A stretch of DNA of 60,159 nt, the filler included, from Sluysia triapertura (lineage: Eukaryota), in assembly GCA_046118255.1 (NCBI GenBank). It is 4 parts of 4 records of this genome, joined end to end, with 100 filler letters (N's around TTAATTAATTAA, not from the genome) between each part and the next. Parts side by side here need not be neighbours in the genome. Positions count along the whole stretch, not along the records: positions 1 to 21,781 come from JBJNIA010245097.1; 3 more parts are not named here. One strand, written 5' to 3'. Made by a program: the position numbers and the translations under genes. The notes under the pieces are model-generated. The model did not search any database and was not told where the DNA came from. It was given only the letters and a program-made list of their open reading frames with translations. Shown here one piece after another: positions 9,849-21,881 of the stretch. Each line of letters begins with the position of its first letter. Position 1 is the stretch's first letter.

Positions 9849-12788
9849 TCATACAGATAGATCTGAGTAAAGGTTCTGAATCAACTCTTCAGATTTGTCC
9901 CTCGTTTCTGGAATATTGCTAGTTACCGCTTCTATCAAGCAATTATTACCGTCATCACAACTTTCATTATTGCGATCTATTTCCACATTTTTTACGTTCA
10001 ATGATGTCGTCGAAGTAACCGTATCGTCTTTGTCTTCAATCGGTTTTTCTGAAGATGATACATCTCCTTTTTCAATATTACTAGTACTCGTATTTGTGCA
10101 GTTCACTTTGCTACTTTCCTTTCTTTTTTCGTGTTCTTTAGATTTTGCTTTTGAATCGTCATTGGATTTCTTGTTTCCTCTACTTTTGGAACGTTCCCTA
10201 TTGGTTGGGGATTTATTACGAGTTTTCTTACGATCTTTTGAAGGTTCTCTAGATATTTTGCGTTTACCTTGATCTTTCTTCTTCTCCTCAGAACGATCTC
10301 GAGATCTTCGTCGATCTGCGGACTTGTCTCGCAATTTTCGACGATCTTTCGATTTATCTCGAGATTTCCAACGATCACTAGTGCGATCAGAACGTTTTTG
10401 GTCTCTAGAAGGTTCTTTTGGAAACCGACGGTCTTTAGAACGTTCTCTAGATTTTTTACGATCTTTAGATCGATCCGGTGACCTTCTACGTCCTTTAGAA
10501 CGATCTCTTCGAGTACGACTTTTTGAACGTTCTTTAGACTTGTTCCAGTTATTAGAATGCTTAGGAGACCTTCGTCGATCTCGTGATAAACGCCTCGAAT
10601 ACTTATTTTGTGACGGTAACGATCTTGATCTTGATCTGGACTGCTTTGTTGAAGACTTTCGCCGTTTTTGACGGTCATTTGATTTATCTCTTTTACAACT
10701 CCGAACGGGACTTTTCGATCTTGAATAACGACGACTCTTGACCTGAGGAGATTTTGAACTACTGCGTGCTCTGTCTTCTAAGTTCATATTCACCTCTTCT
10801 TGGTTATCATGCTCTTCTGTTGATTGAAAATCTTTAAATCGAGAACACGAATCGATGTCCTTTGATTTTCTTTCAGTATTAGATTCTCTGTAGTCATCCT
10901 TGTTCTCTTTTTCAGTAGCCTCTTTACCTAGATCGTCCCTCTGCCTCTCTTGATCACTAAAAAGAGTGTCACCGTCCCCAGCTACTTCGGATTTCTGTTC
11001 TGCAGTCGAATGAATGTTGATAGAATTTTCTTTGTGAATCTGAAAATTATTTAAATTCAATTATAAAACGAAATAAATTGCATAAACATTCCGTATATCA
11101 TACCTAATTCACAGATATTAAATTCAAAATTAACCCTGAAATTAAACCATAATTACAAATTCAACAACTTTGTCCAACAAATAAGGATAATAAAGCAAAA
11201 TAAATTTCATTAATTGAACATAATCAACTACGTGTTTGCTCATTAGCCTCATTATTTATCTTAACAGAATTCCACGTTATTATTACGTAAACGCTTTCAC
11301 AAATTTCATCGTACAACCCTCTCTTCGAATTTAATATATACATTCTATTTATCAAGATCCAACAATCCTTTATATGAACACTTCAAGAGCTTTATCTTTT
11401 AAACTCATTCACAACACAAAATCTCAACCATTTAAATACAACATCGAAAACATTCGAATATATAAAATTTTTAAATTCACAAAATGCACCTTAGTAATAT
11501 TATCGTTCAATGTTTAACTTATAATATTAAGAAACATTGAAGATTTAAATGCACAGACTAGACTAAAAGTATTTTGAAGCAAATCACAAAACAGATCAAC
11601 ACCAAATATTCTTAGTTCACAAAAACTATCAAGCAGATATGCGCTTCTGTGTAATACTTTAATTTTATAATTTGTTTTATTTAGTAATTTTTTCACTTAC
11701 TCCCTATTAAATTAGCAGAGCATTTGTCGCAAATAAGAGTGAAATAATAGCAATTGCTCTTAATGTTTTGGGATAGAAAACAAATAATACAAAATACATT
11801 CACATGCAATAATGATATGTAACAGTAAACTAATTCTAATTCGTTATAAATTAATTCACTAAAAACTTAAAAGACTATTTACTCTGACAAAAGAAAATTA
11901 CCAACAATTTAAATGATTAAAACAAAACTAACATCATTTTCATTCCTCTCTTCATCTACATTATCTTGCTTTTGCATTTGACTTGCAATTGTTGGATTTG
12001 GCATCAGTGGTTGAGCAATCATTTGTGCCGATCTTAATTTCTGTGGTGTCACAAATGGATTTAGAACTAATAAATCTATTGCTGCAACTTCTCGTTCGGA
12101 CATTTTTGGTGGTAGAAATAATTCTGTTGCTGGTTTAGGTTCCATAATTGAGTCAGGTGATTTTTGAATAATTCCAGTGGGTAGAGTAACAGGTTTTGAA
12201 CGTTTAGGAAATAGTTTTGTATTTGAAGGAACAGTCTGACGTGGTAAATCAGTCGTCTTTGCATCCAAATTATCGAACACATTTCCATGTTCTTGTTCTA
12301 CTAAAATAATTAAATAAATCTTAATATCATAGCTTTATTATGCTTCGAATATTTTTTGTAACATACCTTTAATTGCCTGATTTTGTTTCGAAAAATTGAA
12401 CTTAAGTGGAGCAACACCAGTAGCTCCAAGTTGAATCCAGCTTGAATCAGGTTCTTTCTGAGACGAATCTGGTTCAATATTATCAATTTCCGTTTGCCTA
12501 ATTTTTTTTTCTGCTTTATCTGGAGTTTTCACTTGAACTTCATCCGGTAAAGGAATTTCAGTTAATCTACAAATTGATTGCTTTTTTTGTTTCTTTTTCT
12601 TATTAGTTTTATTTGACGATGGTAGAGGAATATCTAACAAATCTATAACATTTTTATCCAATTCTTCATTTTCTTCGTGGATTTCTTCTTGTACTTCATC
12701 ATCGAAATCTCTATCATAAAAGTAAGTGCAAATTTATTTAAAAATTTTTTTAAACAAACTCAGTCGGAAAAGCTGGATCATATTCCAT
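9849..12788 (-). CDS. RS-domain (Arg/Ser-rich) nuclear protein, probably splicing-related; family unresolved
   Basis: Phase-consistent GT-AG exons 12788-12760, 12710-12367, 12300-11933, 11039-9849. Starts MEYDPAFPTE, has two IPLP motifs and a ~170-aa RS/RD/RE repeat region. A possible donor (GTATGA) just before the stop means the gene could extend. Confidence 0.8.
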
Positions 12789-13380
12789 AAGTAGAAAATT
12801 AATTTATTTCCAAATTAGAAAACACTACAATTAAACGCGCAATTAAATTTGAACATACAATAAATATTTAAACAACTTGAATTAATTTATATAATAACAA
12901 AAATAAATAAAAATATAATGAAGTTGTAATTCTTTTTTCGCAATCAAGTAAAAAATATTTGAAAGATAGCATTATTTTATGCTAGTTTATTGTTGATTAA
13001 TAGCGAAATGGTGTCAATAAGAATTTTTATTGAATTTCTTAATTTTACAAATTTAAGTTCATAAACTTGTCCACCTTAAAAATAGGAAACAATTTAGAAG
13101 TCTCAAAACACAATACTAAAAACTTAAAATCATAATTCAAATGCAGTGACAATTTAAAATAACTTTTAAACAATCCCACAATAAAATTACAAGATTAACT
13201 TATAAACTAAGTAAAGTTCAGCGTAAGTGCTAGAAAAAATTACTAATTACTTAAGTGAACAATCAAATATTTTATATCAAATCAATAAAAACAAATCCAA
13301 AACAAAAAATATATTGAACAGATTCAACAATAAAAAATTATTTTGAATAACTAAAGGCAAATAAATTTCCTCATTTGTAA

Positions 13381-15523
13381 CTATTTCTGCGGCTGTTTCA
13401 TCTGTGACAAATACGGAACTGTATACGGAGATGTGGATCCCAATTCGTGATGAAGAACCGAAATATAATTCGATGGAATAACATCAGATACCAATGAAAA
13501 TTTATGCAATTTTTTAAAAGAATTTTCAGTGGTTAACGAAATGATTTCTTCAACGGAAGACGTATTTGTCGACGAAGATAGTGATGAAAATTTACATGTT
13601 TCAGTAACAACGATAACTCGGGCTCCAAATTGAGAAGCAAGACTAGCCAAACTGCCAGCTCCACACGGACAAGTTACAGAGCCATTGTGGTTGACAGAAT
13701 ATGCTTCTAGAAGGACCAAAATATGACTTAATTGATGAAATAAAAAAGGAAGTTCATGAAGATTTATAGAAGTAGTATTAATAATTGTTTCTGAATTGTT
13801 TGCAGTATTAATTGTTTCTACAAACTGAGATATATCACAAAGTTGGTAAATAATAAGATGTCTAGTTAAGAGATGTTTTTGTAGGATTTGAAAAATGAGA
13901 GAGGTTGGTTGTTGAATTTGTTGTTGGAGTACGATAACAGCATCTGAGTGGTTCAGGTATGACACGTTAAGACCATTTATGATAGAATCTGCCGCCAAAT
14001 TGAGTCGATGTGACACGAATTCCTTCACGTTACTCATCATCATCACTTTGCTCTGAAATAAATCAAACAAAACCTAACAAATGTTTTCGTACTTTATGTG
14101 AATTACTTCACTATTAAATATTTAAAATGGAAATAAGAACCAATGGTAGTCATACACCACATTAAAATGCAACGAACAACCCACAATTAATCGTAGGATT
14201 TTAGGATTAATAACACAAAATGTTATAAGCAAAATTTTTGCACTACAAATATAAGTTGATTATAATTTGGATTACAATTTCGGAGATTGATTAGGGATAG
14301 TTTTCATGCTTAAATGTAATATTCAATAATTAAAGTTCTTAAGGTGATACTATTAATTTATTTTGAGTTAAGAAAATTAATTTATGTGCTTTAACTATGT
14401 GATTTTAGGGATTTTAAACGAGAACTTGACTTACTTCAGCACTTCCATCTCTATGGAACGAAACGAATAACAGCTACAAAGGAAGATTATAATTTGAATA
14501 AACTATATTGTAGATTAAGATAAAGTGACTTAAGATTAAAAATAATAAAACCTTTAAACTTTAGAAAGAATTGGGAAACATTTTAACGTATTCAGATTTC
14601 ATGGAATCATTTTATTTATACAAGTCATGTTTGCATTAATTATCACAAGTACAAAAAAAGGAAACAATTTAATAAGTACAATCATCTAAAAAGTGACGGA
14701 ATAAAATGTAAAATAAAATGCAAAACCTGTTCTAAATCTAATTCACGAAACGATCCAAAATCAGACTTTAAAAAATCAACAGCTGTTTGTATTGTTGTCG
14801 GTACTGGTCGACATAATTGTAAAAACTGTATCATTTTATCAAGCTCACTTTGAAATCGTTTTTCAAATGTTTCTTCGGGCTTCAAATGTTCTAAATTTTT
14901 AACGAATCTTTCTAATATTGATAAAAATCTGCGGCACATTTCAGTTGGATCTATCAGTTGAAATGAATCGATTAATAGCATCAATTCTATAAAGTTTTCA
15001 TTAAATGAATCACATGGAGATTTACTAATAACAATCAAATATTTAATATTTCAAATTATTACTTAAAACTAGCACAAAATTCAATATTTCGGTCAGGTTG
15101 GTATAAATGAGCAAACCATTTCGGTTTATTTCTAATTTCTTGCCTTTTAAATGTATCGGCATATTTTGATTTAGTAATTTGCGGAGTATCACTAAACGAA
15201 ACTTGGTCTGTACTGCGAATTTTTACTACTTCGGGTGTTTTACTTAGTGGTCGATTTATAATTTTGTCGTTTTTGAGATTATTTAATTCTGATTTATTTT
15301 CTGAAATATTTTGATTTTTAATATTCGTATGGTTTTTCTTCTCTGTTTGTTTTAGTTTTGCATCATTAATGCTTGATGCTAATAAGTTTTCACTTTGAGT
15401 TTCTGATTTTACTTTATCTAGCGCCTTTTCCTTACGTTTTAATTTTTCTAATTTTTTTAATTCCTTGTCTTTTGCTTTTTCTTCTTTGGTTTTAGTAATC
15501 CTGCGATTATCACAATTTTCCAT
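13381..15523 (-). CDS. EIF2B4: Translation initiation factor eIF2B subunit delta (divergent)
   Basis: Exons 15523-15063, 15024-14727, 14052-13381 join in frame via GT-AG introns (first is 38 nt). Lys-rich N-terminus, WFAHL, FLQLCRP, NGSV...G, VIVVTETCKFS and ELG...P..VP match IF-2B delta. Confidence 0.88.
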
Positions 15524-16150
15524 AATTACGAAGTATTTTACAACTAAGTTTTTAAATAAGTGTTAATTTATTTAGATATTATTTAAACAATTGTTGGATA
15601 GCATGATATTTTCAAATTACTTCTAAAATAAGAAAAAATGACTAATTAATTTCATTATCATTTTTTGCGCTAATATGAATATGACAAAAAAGATAAAATT
15701 ATCAGTCTAATTTAAGCATCTTTTAATTTAAATTTTAAATTCTTCGAAAAAAATACAACTAAAACATTTCAATACACACTTGTATATAAAAGAATTGAGT
15801 ATCACATTGCCTGCAACAATTTTCAACATGCTTTAAATAAACAAAAGTTAACAATAAATTTAAAATCACATGGTTACTTAACTATTTTTAGATAAAACTT
15901 ATGAAAAATTAACTATAGGAACCAATAAAATTCATTCCATTAGAAAATTAGTATTGATTGATTTTAAAATTGAATTTTAGACATGCATACTAAAATTTAA
16001 TTGGCTAAATAAAAATGTTACACACTATATCAAATAAAAACTGAATAAAGTGAAGAGAATTTAGGATGACGTCATAATTTAGACAAATTTGATTCATTTA
16101 AAATTTTATTTTGATTTCAAAATATCAGTACTTAAAATTCATCTTGTACA
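15524..16150. promoter_or_regulatory. Putative bidirectional promoter between eIF2B delta and kindlin
   Basis: 627 bp between divergent ATGs; contains ATTGG (~16000) and a perfect CRE palindrome ATGACGTCAT at 16066-16075. Confidence 0.5.
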
Positions 16151-19100
16151 ATGTTATCAGATACAAATGAACCAATTGACTGTTCGTGGGAGCTACTTGT
16201 TAATATTCCAGATTTGAAAGAACCCGTTAGAGTTAGAGTAAAAGGTGATTTGCATATTGGAGGTGTACTGCATCGTATAATTGAGAAATTACAACAAAAA
16301 ATTGATTGGTCTGATTATATGCTTTGGTGGCCTAGTAAAAATCAGTGGTTATCTCATACCCGCACAACTCTTGATCAATATGGAGTGCAATCGAATTCGA
16401 ATTTGGAATTAATGAAAGTGCATCATAATCTAACTATTTTGCTACCTTCTCTTCAAACAGTCACAATTCCAATCAATTTCAGTGTTGATATATTTACAGT
16501 TGTCATAAGAATTTGTCGAGAATTATCTATTCGGTTTCCTGAAGAATTGTCACTCCAAATACAACTCACGAAAGAACATCTTAAGTCAAATCATAGCCTT
16601 GCATTGATAAAGAATAAGAAGACAACCCAAGTATCTAATGAGAAAAAGGAACTACCAACACCTGAACCTTTATCTCCAAATTACGGAACCATGATGAAAT
16701 ATAACACAATTGGATACAGTACATTAAGTCCAATCGGAAACAAAAGTCTATCGTCTCAAATGCACATCATATCATCCAATTCTTTAAATTACGATGGTGT
16801 AGATATTTTTAAATATTGTGAATGCATGAAGATGTCATCAAAATCAGTCTTTGATAGCGGATTGTTAGTAAGGCCTAAGAATTTAATACAAAGATCTAGA
16901 CTGAACAGTACATGGATAGATTCATCCAGGTCTTTAATGGAACAAGGTATAAGGCCCGATTCAACGAGTGATAATCCAATTTATTTGAGGTTCAAATTTT
17001 CATTATTTTATGATTTGAATGCGAAGTATGATATGGTCAGAATACATCAATTGTATGAGCAGGCGAAATGGGATATTTTATCGAGTCGAGTCGAGTGTAC
17101 TTTAGATGAAATGGTTATGTTTGCAGCATTGCAGTTGCAGTCAGTATTAAGAACTGAGAAATGTGCCGAGGAGGGATTGGGTGAAAATACATGGTTAGGA
17201 GATCATATGGTAGATGGAGTTTTTACGGGAACAATACCGAATTCAGGTCTAAATACAATGGCGTCTCTTCGCAATGGTGTGCCGAATAAAGGAGATGAAA
17301 TCGAAGCAATGTTGTCGGAGTTGGAAGATATGTATCTTCGAGATCAACAGCCAAAGACTGAGAATCATTTTCCTTCAGAACAACAATTGGAAGGGTATTT
17401 GCGGGTTAAAATATATTTTTAAATAAATTAAACATTTCAATTAATCAGTTAAACTTAATCATTTTAAATTTAAATTTAAATAGTTTTGTAAATGATAAAA
17501 GTTAACATTATAACAATTAAACGGACCAATTAAAATAATAGTACATTTTAGACAATAATTGTACCGGATGAAGATTATTCAAATAGGAAATTAAATTAGT
17601 TGATGGGTTCAAATTTTTTAATAACGGATATTGCCACACAGTATAATGATACTATTTGAATAGTATTATGGTGATAGAAAATGGTGATACTATTTGGTAG
17701 TTTCGAAGAAAATTATATTTTAATACTTAAGGCGCCGGATGTTTTACGGAATTTGAAGGCACATGCATTTTTATACAAAATGAAATAACTCTTAAACAAC
17801 ACATCATTTTTCAATTAAATCTTCACACAATTGTAATAAATAAATAAATTTTTCTATAAAGCCCGTGTAAATGTGAAAGGGTGCTTTAAATGTTTAAGAA
17901 AAATTTATTCGTCCTGCAGATGTTCCACGTTTCATCAAGAATTGAATGATTCAATTGGACAAGGTATATTGGATATGTGGAAATCCTCGTATGATGAACA
18001 AAAACGAGCTGGTACAATTGAATTTTTTAAAGTTTCTGTTTATTTCATTTCAAGATTCACCAACTCGTGAATTAACCAAAGAATGCCCCATTTTTTGCAT
18101 GTTCAAGAGATTCCACTTATTAATAGGCTGAATTTTAATGAACAGAAAATTCCTGTGTCACATATTTGAAGATATGGTATAAATCCACCAGGAATGGAAT
18201 GACAATGATCTCGATTTTTCTTTTATATTAATGTTCTTTAACTGCTTGGCATGTATGCAAGCGACAAGTATCCCAAACAATACTCTTGCATTCACTAACA
18301 TAAATTGATGAAAACATCCGATAAATCCATTTTATTACTAATTCTTGGTTGACTTGACATTTGGATTGAGGAGTATATAAAACACGATCTTGTAGAACAA
18401 CAGAACTATCATCCTTACCTTTGTGAATTACTAATGGGATTTCTTTATCGTATTTCTAATCAGAAGTTATATCCGTTACGCTCAATGAATAACTACATGT
18501 TTTTCATCCAATATATCAATAGTTTCTGTTCTTGCATCTTCTAAAAGCATCTTTTTATTTGTACTATACGATGTTTTAAATACATCACATAATTCATCAG
18601 TCAAAATCGTTAAATTTGTAATGCGACGAAAATTAGATCCATTTCTTTTCATCAAATACTCTTTCATTTGCTAAAGAAATCGACCTTTCATTAACAAACC
18701 ATCGCGTAACCTTTATCTTTATTCTAAAGTCTTATTTCATCACATAATATTTGATCAATATTTCCACCACCAAGTTTTTGTTTAATAGAGGAAGACTGTT
18801 TTTATCTCTGTTTTTATTAATCCCTTTTTCCTTATTGGTCCCACATCTAAACATACTTACATTCTTACATAAATACCATCCTCGATTTTCATTCATTTTT
18901 ATCTGATCGTATTTTTCCTTATAAACAGAATGTATATTATGCGATTTTAAACAGAATTATATTTAATTAATGGCCGTAGAAAATAAAAAATATTAGAATT
19001 ATTTGTGTATGCTTAATAAATTTTGTAATTCCGCAGGTGGTCAGGATCAATAAGCTAGGTATGAAGAATCAGAGACGATTATGGTGCTGGATTCAAGATT

Positions 19101-19579
19101 CCAACTTGCGTATGACAGTCAGCAAAGAAGAAAAACTCCCTGTTATATTGGATATATTTTTGCGACAAGCTCAAATTCGACCTGATGTTAGTGTTGCTAA
19201 TAATCGATTTGCTCTTCGCATCATTCCAAGTGCTTCTGGATCCAGTTCGTTAGCAGGCACAAAATCGGGGACACAGACCAACATCAATGCGACAGCGGGG
19301 GCAGGTGGACAGAATAAAGAAGAGATTCGTCTTCAATTGGACAACAAGGAAGAATACGTCTATTGGTTGGTTGGATTAAGATCGGTGATTGGATCAAAAG
19401 GAGATGGAAATGGAAGACACAGACGCATTGGGGATGCATGGTTCCAAAAAGAGGTTGACAAAGTATTAGAACTGCTTCAATTGCAAACTCCGGGTCCCGA
19501 ATCAATTTTGAGTAAAGAGGAATTGCAGAACAAGTTGGGAGATTGTTCGGATTATGTGTCATCGAGTATTATTAAAAAG
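16151..19579 (+). CDS. FERMT2: Kindlin / fermitin family (unc-112-like), 5' part: F0-F1-F2-PH; 3' exons not found
   Basis: Exon 16151-17404 (WELLV, LHIGGV, DWSDYMLWW, TLDQYGV, PEELSL, WIDSSRSLMEQG, LRFKF, QLYEQAKW, MFAALQ) joins in phase 0 to exon 19037-19579 (PH domain), which ends at a GTTTGC donor. Symbol denotes the family, not strict orthology. Confidence 0.93.
17850..18900 (-). mobile_element. Decayed pogo/Tigger-type DDE transposase in the kindlin intron
   Basis: Minus-strand fragments KWIYRMF, SIVWDTCRLH...VK and IPGGFIPYLQICDTGIFCSLK match DDE_1 motifs (WD..RAH; IPGG.T..LQP.D..I..FK); many stops and frameshifts. Confidence 0.75.
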
Positions 19580-20066
19580 GTTTGCTTATTTAGGTTTCAC
19601 ACAATACAAATAATATTGAAATACATGTTTTACTTGAATAGAAATTACTTGAACTGTTTGCAGTTTCACTATCTGAACTACCTCGATTTTGCAGGTAGAG
19701 AAGGATAGAAACTCATTAAAGTCGTAAATATCCATTTTCCAGATAAAATTAAATAATGTGATGCGAAATTATTATTCTAAATATTATTCTGAAGTTAGAT
19801 GCTTTATGGTAAACGATGCAGAATTAATAAAAATGAATCGCACTTTTCTTTAATTATTCAAAAATTATTTATTTATTTTTTATAGATTTAATAATGTAAT
19901 CCAATATTATTTGGGTATTCACAAATCAGTGATGTCGAACAAAGATTTAAACGGTAGTTAGCTTCTCTTCTAGTCAATATTTTACTACTCAATTATATAG
20001 TAATCTTCCTTATACAGTGGTTCTTATAACTGCACGACCAGTTTTCTTTGTATAAGAGTTAAGTAG

Positions 20067-20068
<2 letters not shown>

Positions 20069-20101
<33 letters not shown>
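20069..20101. repeat. (TTA)n microsatellite
   Basis: About 11 units. Confidence 0.9.
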
Positions 20102-20102
<1 letters not shown>

Positions 20103-21673
20103 TAGGTAATATATTTTCACTGTATACATATAATTTTACCTATATATTTATTTCACATATATATCTCTCTTGACGGTCTGTATTTATTTGTGTCTGTGTC
20201 ATTATTCATTTTCCTGACGGATTTTTCATGTTTTCTTCATATCTCATTTCGATCTATAGTAGTTTAGTTTATCTAAGATAATTAAGTTCGAAGGATTGCT
20301 GCCTTCCTATGTTTATTTTTCCCTTGTCTAATAGAGGTTATTATGTTTTGATGCTTTTGAAGATGCTTCTTGAGTAATTTATATGATTTTTTGATATTGT
20401 TTAATTGAAAAGTAAATTTTATTACATTGAATGGAGGTTTTCATACATGCATTATGGTGATGAAAAGGCCAATTTCATCTATACATTATTTAATTTTATT
20501 ATAATATATATTGTATATATAATACAGTGGCACGAAATTTTTAGGATACGAAAGGTGAAAACATTTTCGAAAGATTGTTAAAAGCGGACAAAACCAAACG
20601 TCCTTGGATCACTTCTTTACAAAGCGTCAGGCAAAAGTGAATCTGAGTCGTAGAAAGCGAAAGGTAATGACAATAGCACTTAAACTTTATTAGTTTAATT
20701 GTTAAAATTTTGATAGAATAAAACTTTAATTCGTAATTCTTTGCTCTTTATTTACATCATGTACAACTCTCATTTTTTTGCTTATTGTCAGTAATCTAAT
20801 TCTAACATGTATTTATTACAGGTTTTGTTGCATTTTATAATTTATACAAGAATTGTGTTTGAATTTTGGGGCTTGGAACCGATTAAGGCTTATACAAGGA
20901 AAAAGAGGCTCTACGAAACCACTTCCATATACAATCATTTCGCAATTCCGCGTCGATATGTATTCGTTATTTTCTTCTTCCGTCTCCATTGAATTTCGTC
21001 TCACAAATTGAATATAATGATACAGTTGGTATATTTCAAAAACTAGATAAATAAATCAGATGAACACCCTCGTAATCAACTAGACAATTACACAGATGTG
21101 TCAAATTCAATTAAATAAATATGTGGACACAACTCGCATAATCCAGATTCCTTTGTCGATATCCTTACATTCAATCAATACTTGCCAATCTCATTCATAT
21201 TTATAGTTGTACTTCTTTCTCTGAGACCCAGAGACCGTGTCTTGTGCGGAAAACTTTAAATTGTTCAACTTATTATTGAAGAAAGACTATTCCAATTAAT
21301 TCTGATGAGACATAATCGTAATCTATACACACTGCACACACGGAATTGTTAAAATATTATATTGACTTTGAACTGTTGGTACTAGTTTCATGAAGTATTT
21401 CATTTGTAAGCCCATTTTAAACATATTACTTATTAAATTTCGAATTTAAATCGCTCACAATGACACATTACCTGTTGTTCTTTATATTCGATGAAGGAAT
21501 AATTAGAGAAGTTCATTGTACAATTTCAGAAATAACAGAAATTTTACACGGTTAATTATCAATGGTTCATTTATTTAAGATAATTCTCGATATATTATAA
21601 TACTATATGTATTATAGTCACATTTTCAACAATGAACTGTGAGCAATGGATTTAGTTTCAATCGTGAAAAATA

Positions 21674-21781
21674 ATAACAATTCAAATATAATAATTGAAA
21701 TACGATAACAATTCAAATATAATAATTGAAATACGATAACAATTCAAATATAATAATTGAAATACGATAACAATTCAAATA
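21674..21781. repeat. 31-bp tandem repeat (~3.5 copies) running into a join
   Basis: Unit ataacaattcaaatataataattgaaatacg repeated identically. Confidence 0.92.
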
Positions 21782-21881
21782 NNNNNNNNNNNNNNNNNNN
21801 NNNNNNNNNNNNNNNNNNNNNNNNNTTAATTAATTAANNNNNNNNNNNNNNNNNNNNNNNNNNNNNNNNNNNNNNNNNNNN
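21782..21881. other. Artificial scaffold join N44-TTAATTAATTAA-N44
   Basis: Exactly 100 nt; the 12-mer at 21826-21837 gives stops in all six frames. Confidence 0.97.

Noticed and set aside
9895-10678. Overlapping antisense and alternate-frame ORFs within the RS exon
   Set aside because: Expected shadows of repetitive AGATCT/CGATCT-rich RS codons.
20780-21300. Possible piggyBac transposase remnant (CISLNRFQ on the minus strand)
   Set aside because: One short motif only; no DDD core or termini seen.
21302-21325. CTGATGA hammerhead-ribozyme core
   Set aside because: Followed by GTAA instead of GAAA, only a 2-bp stem II, and no convincing stems I/III.
21674-21781. 31-bp repeats as a CRISPR array
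   Set aside because: Head-to-tail with no spacers; eukaryotic context, no cas genes.
21826-21837. TTAATTAATTAA as a biological motif
   Set aside because: Identical placement in three 100-nt N blocks marks an assembly linker.
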